Position numbers and translations under genes: made by a program
The notes under the pieces: generated by a model
Told to the model about the DNA's origin: nothing
The model's input: only the letters and a program-made list of their open reading frames with translations
Databases searched by the model: none
From: Blasia pusilla
Taxonomy: Eukaryota
Assembly: GCA_050084515.1 (NCBI GenBank)
Contig: CM114271.1
Location: forward strand, 39,866,001 to 39,930,000
DNA: 64,000 nucleotides
Direction of reading: 5' to 3'
Shown here: positions 62,438 through 64,000 of the stretch, one piece after another
Layout of the letters: each line of letters begins with the position of its first letter
How positions within the stretch are numbered: the stretch's first letter is position 1

Positions 62438-64000
62438 TTACATCAGATGCGATTGTTCAAATGCACCCCAGATCTCGGCAATCTCTTCCTGAGAAAGGGC
62501 AACAGAATTTGTGTGAGGAAGAGATCTCTGGGGAGTGGAAGTAGCCGAGGCTACTGGAGTGGTGCCAGTTGATCTCTTGGGAGTTGCAGGCAGAGAGGAG
62601 GCGGGAGTGGTTGGAAGGGAACCGCGAATCTTTTGCAAAAGTGATCTGCCAAAACTAGCCAAAGGATTAGGACTCCAGTTAGCAGTTGGACTAACTTTCT
62701 TGTGGTCTTCCTTGTCGATGGAGTCGAGCAAAAACTGAAAATCTTCCAAAGAAAGGGATGAGGCCTCTGGATAACTATCGGGATCCCTGAACAGCTTAGT
62801 CGAGCATACGAGAGAAGTTCTCTTGTCTGGCGTCGTGCTGGAAATAGAAAAAGGATAGGAAGCCCTCCTACCCAGAGCCACCTGTCCGGCGTCCTCTTTC
62901 TCTCCTACAACCGAGATCAAGTCTTCAGTAGCCGGTACTTCCGAGGCCTGCATCGAGTATTCAAGGATGCCATATCAATCTCCAGCGAATATCTCAGAGT
63001 TGAAAGGGAATATCACCACTTCCAATCAGGAATTGTAAGGTGGAAATTCTGATCCTAGCAAAGCTCACTTGTGGAAATTACTACAGGCAAGAAAAACGAG
63101 AGCCGAACTATCGAGCTCCAGCCACCAGTCGATCACCTTACAGTTGATCTTCGAAATCAAGGGGGAGGAGATGGAAACCTGAACAGTTCCAAGCTCGATC
63201 GATCACCTTCCACTCGAGGAGCTTCGAGTTTCCTTCTAAACTCCACCCGCAAGAAGTATCCAATATCAGATACCTCTAAACAAAAATCCACTTTTTTGCA
63301 TGATCAACCTAAGATAACTCTAGGAATCGGAAGCCTGAAGACGACACTTAGGCCGGCTTCTCGTAATGGTTTGACAAACTGGGTACTTCCTTGTGATCAA
63401 AATTCACGACTAGAGGAAGTCAATCTCGAGAATGTATGTCAGCAGAAAGGAAAACTTCATGGACATATACCTGGGGTGAACTTTTCGATGATGGAAGACT
63501 TGGACTGACTTTCGGCTCGTCAAAACTTCGTTGATGTTGCACTTGAGAGCACATCTCTGTAGCTCGAGAGGTATCTGAAACTTGTGAGGGCAGAGAAGTG
63601 CCACAGCTTATTCCGGATTGAACATTTTGGGCACCGTTGCAGTCACCGGCCATAGAGAGGTCACCGGTTTCCGCGGTCGCCTCATTCCAATTATTCTCGA
63701 TTGAAACACCAGCATCCTTCTCATCGAACTTTGAAGACTTATCGACGTAAGATAGCTCACTTGGCTGCGCATCTCCGCGTGGAGACTTCAGGTTGCCGCT
63801 GAACAGTTCAGTCAATTCGGAACCGACAATTTGCAACCCTTCCACCCCGTGTCCACTCATGCGGCGAACATCAGACGTCACCAGTAGAGTTTCTAACTCG
63901 AAAAAGCGGGCGAACGAGCTGCCTGATATGAACTCCTTCTGTCCAGGAAAAGGGTGCGAATCAAGTTGTGACAGGGAATACTTCGCAGCGTTGTCGGAAC
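62438..64000 (-). CDS. 3' part of an unidentified Ser/Thr-rich protein gene. Proposed exons >64000-63471 and 62947-62438
   Basis: The frame is open from the window edge to CAG|GTATAT (63471). An in-phase acceptor ATGCAG|GCC (62947) leads into a 169-codon exon ending in TAA. No family recognised. Confidence 0.55.

Overview
Repeat-rich land-plant nuclear DNA, probably from a non-flowering plant such as a bryophyte (inferred only from gene style and transposon content). There are two complete spliced host genes: a GT8 glycosyltransferase (+, 30719-34079) and a canonical 492-aa catalase (-, 53003-49454). The 3' part of an unidentified gene lies at the right edge. The main finding is two decayed copies (42-12773 and 38873-47415) of an unusual Ty3/Gypsy-type retrotransposon. 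Its polyprotein reads Gag(2xCCHC)-protease-DNMT3-like C5 cytosine methyltransferase-RT-RNaseH-DDE integrase-PHD finger. Instead of two ordinary LTRs, its ends form a split direct repeat (A...B-A-B) with TG..CA termini, a 4-bp target-site duplication, and no PBS or clear PPT that I could find. Other mobile DNA includes Helitrons (one hosts retroelement copy 2), a PIF/Harbinger element upstream of catalase, a MITE, a possible solo LTR and a badly decayed DNA transposon. Domain calls come from reading motifs by eye, and internal domain boundaries are approximate.
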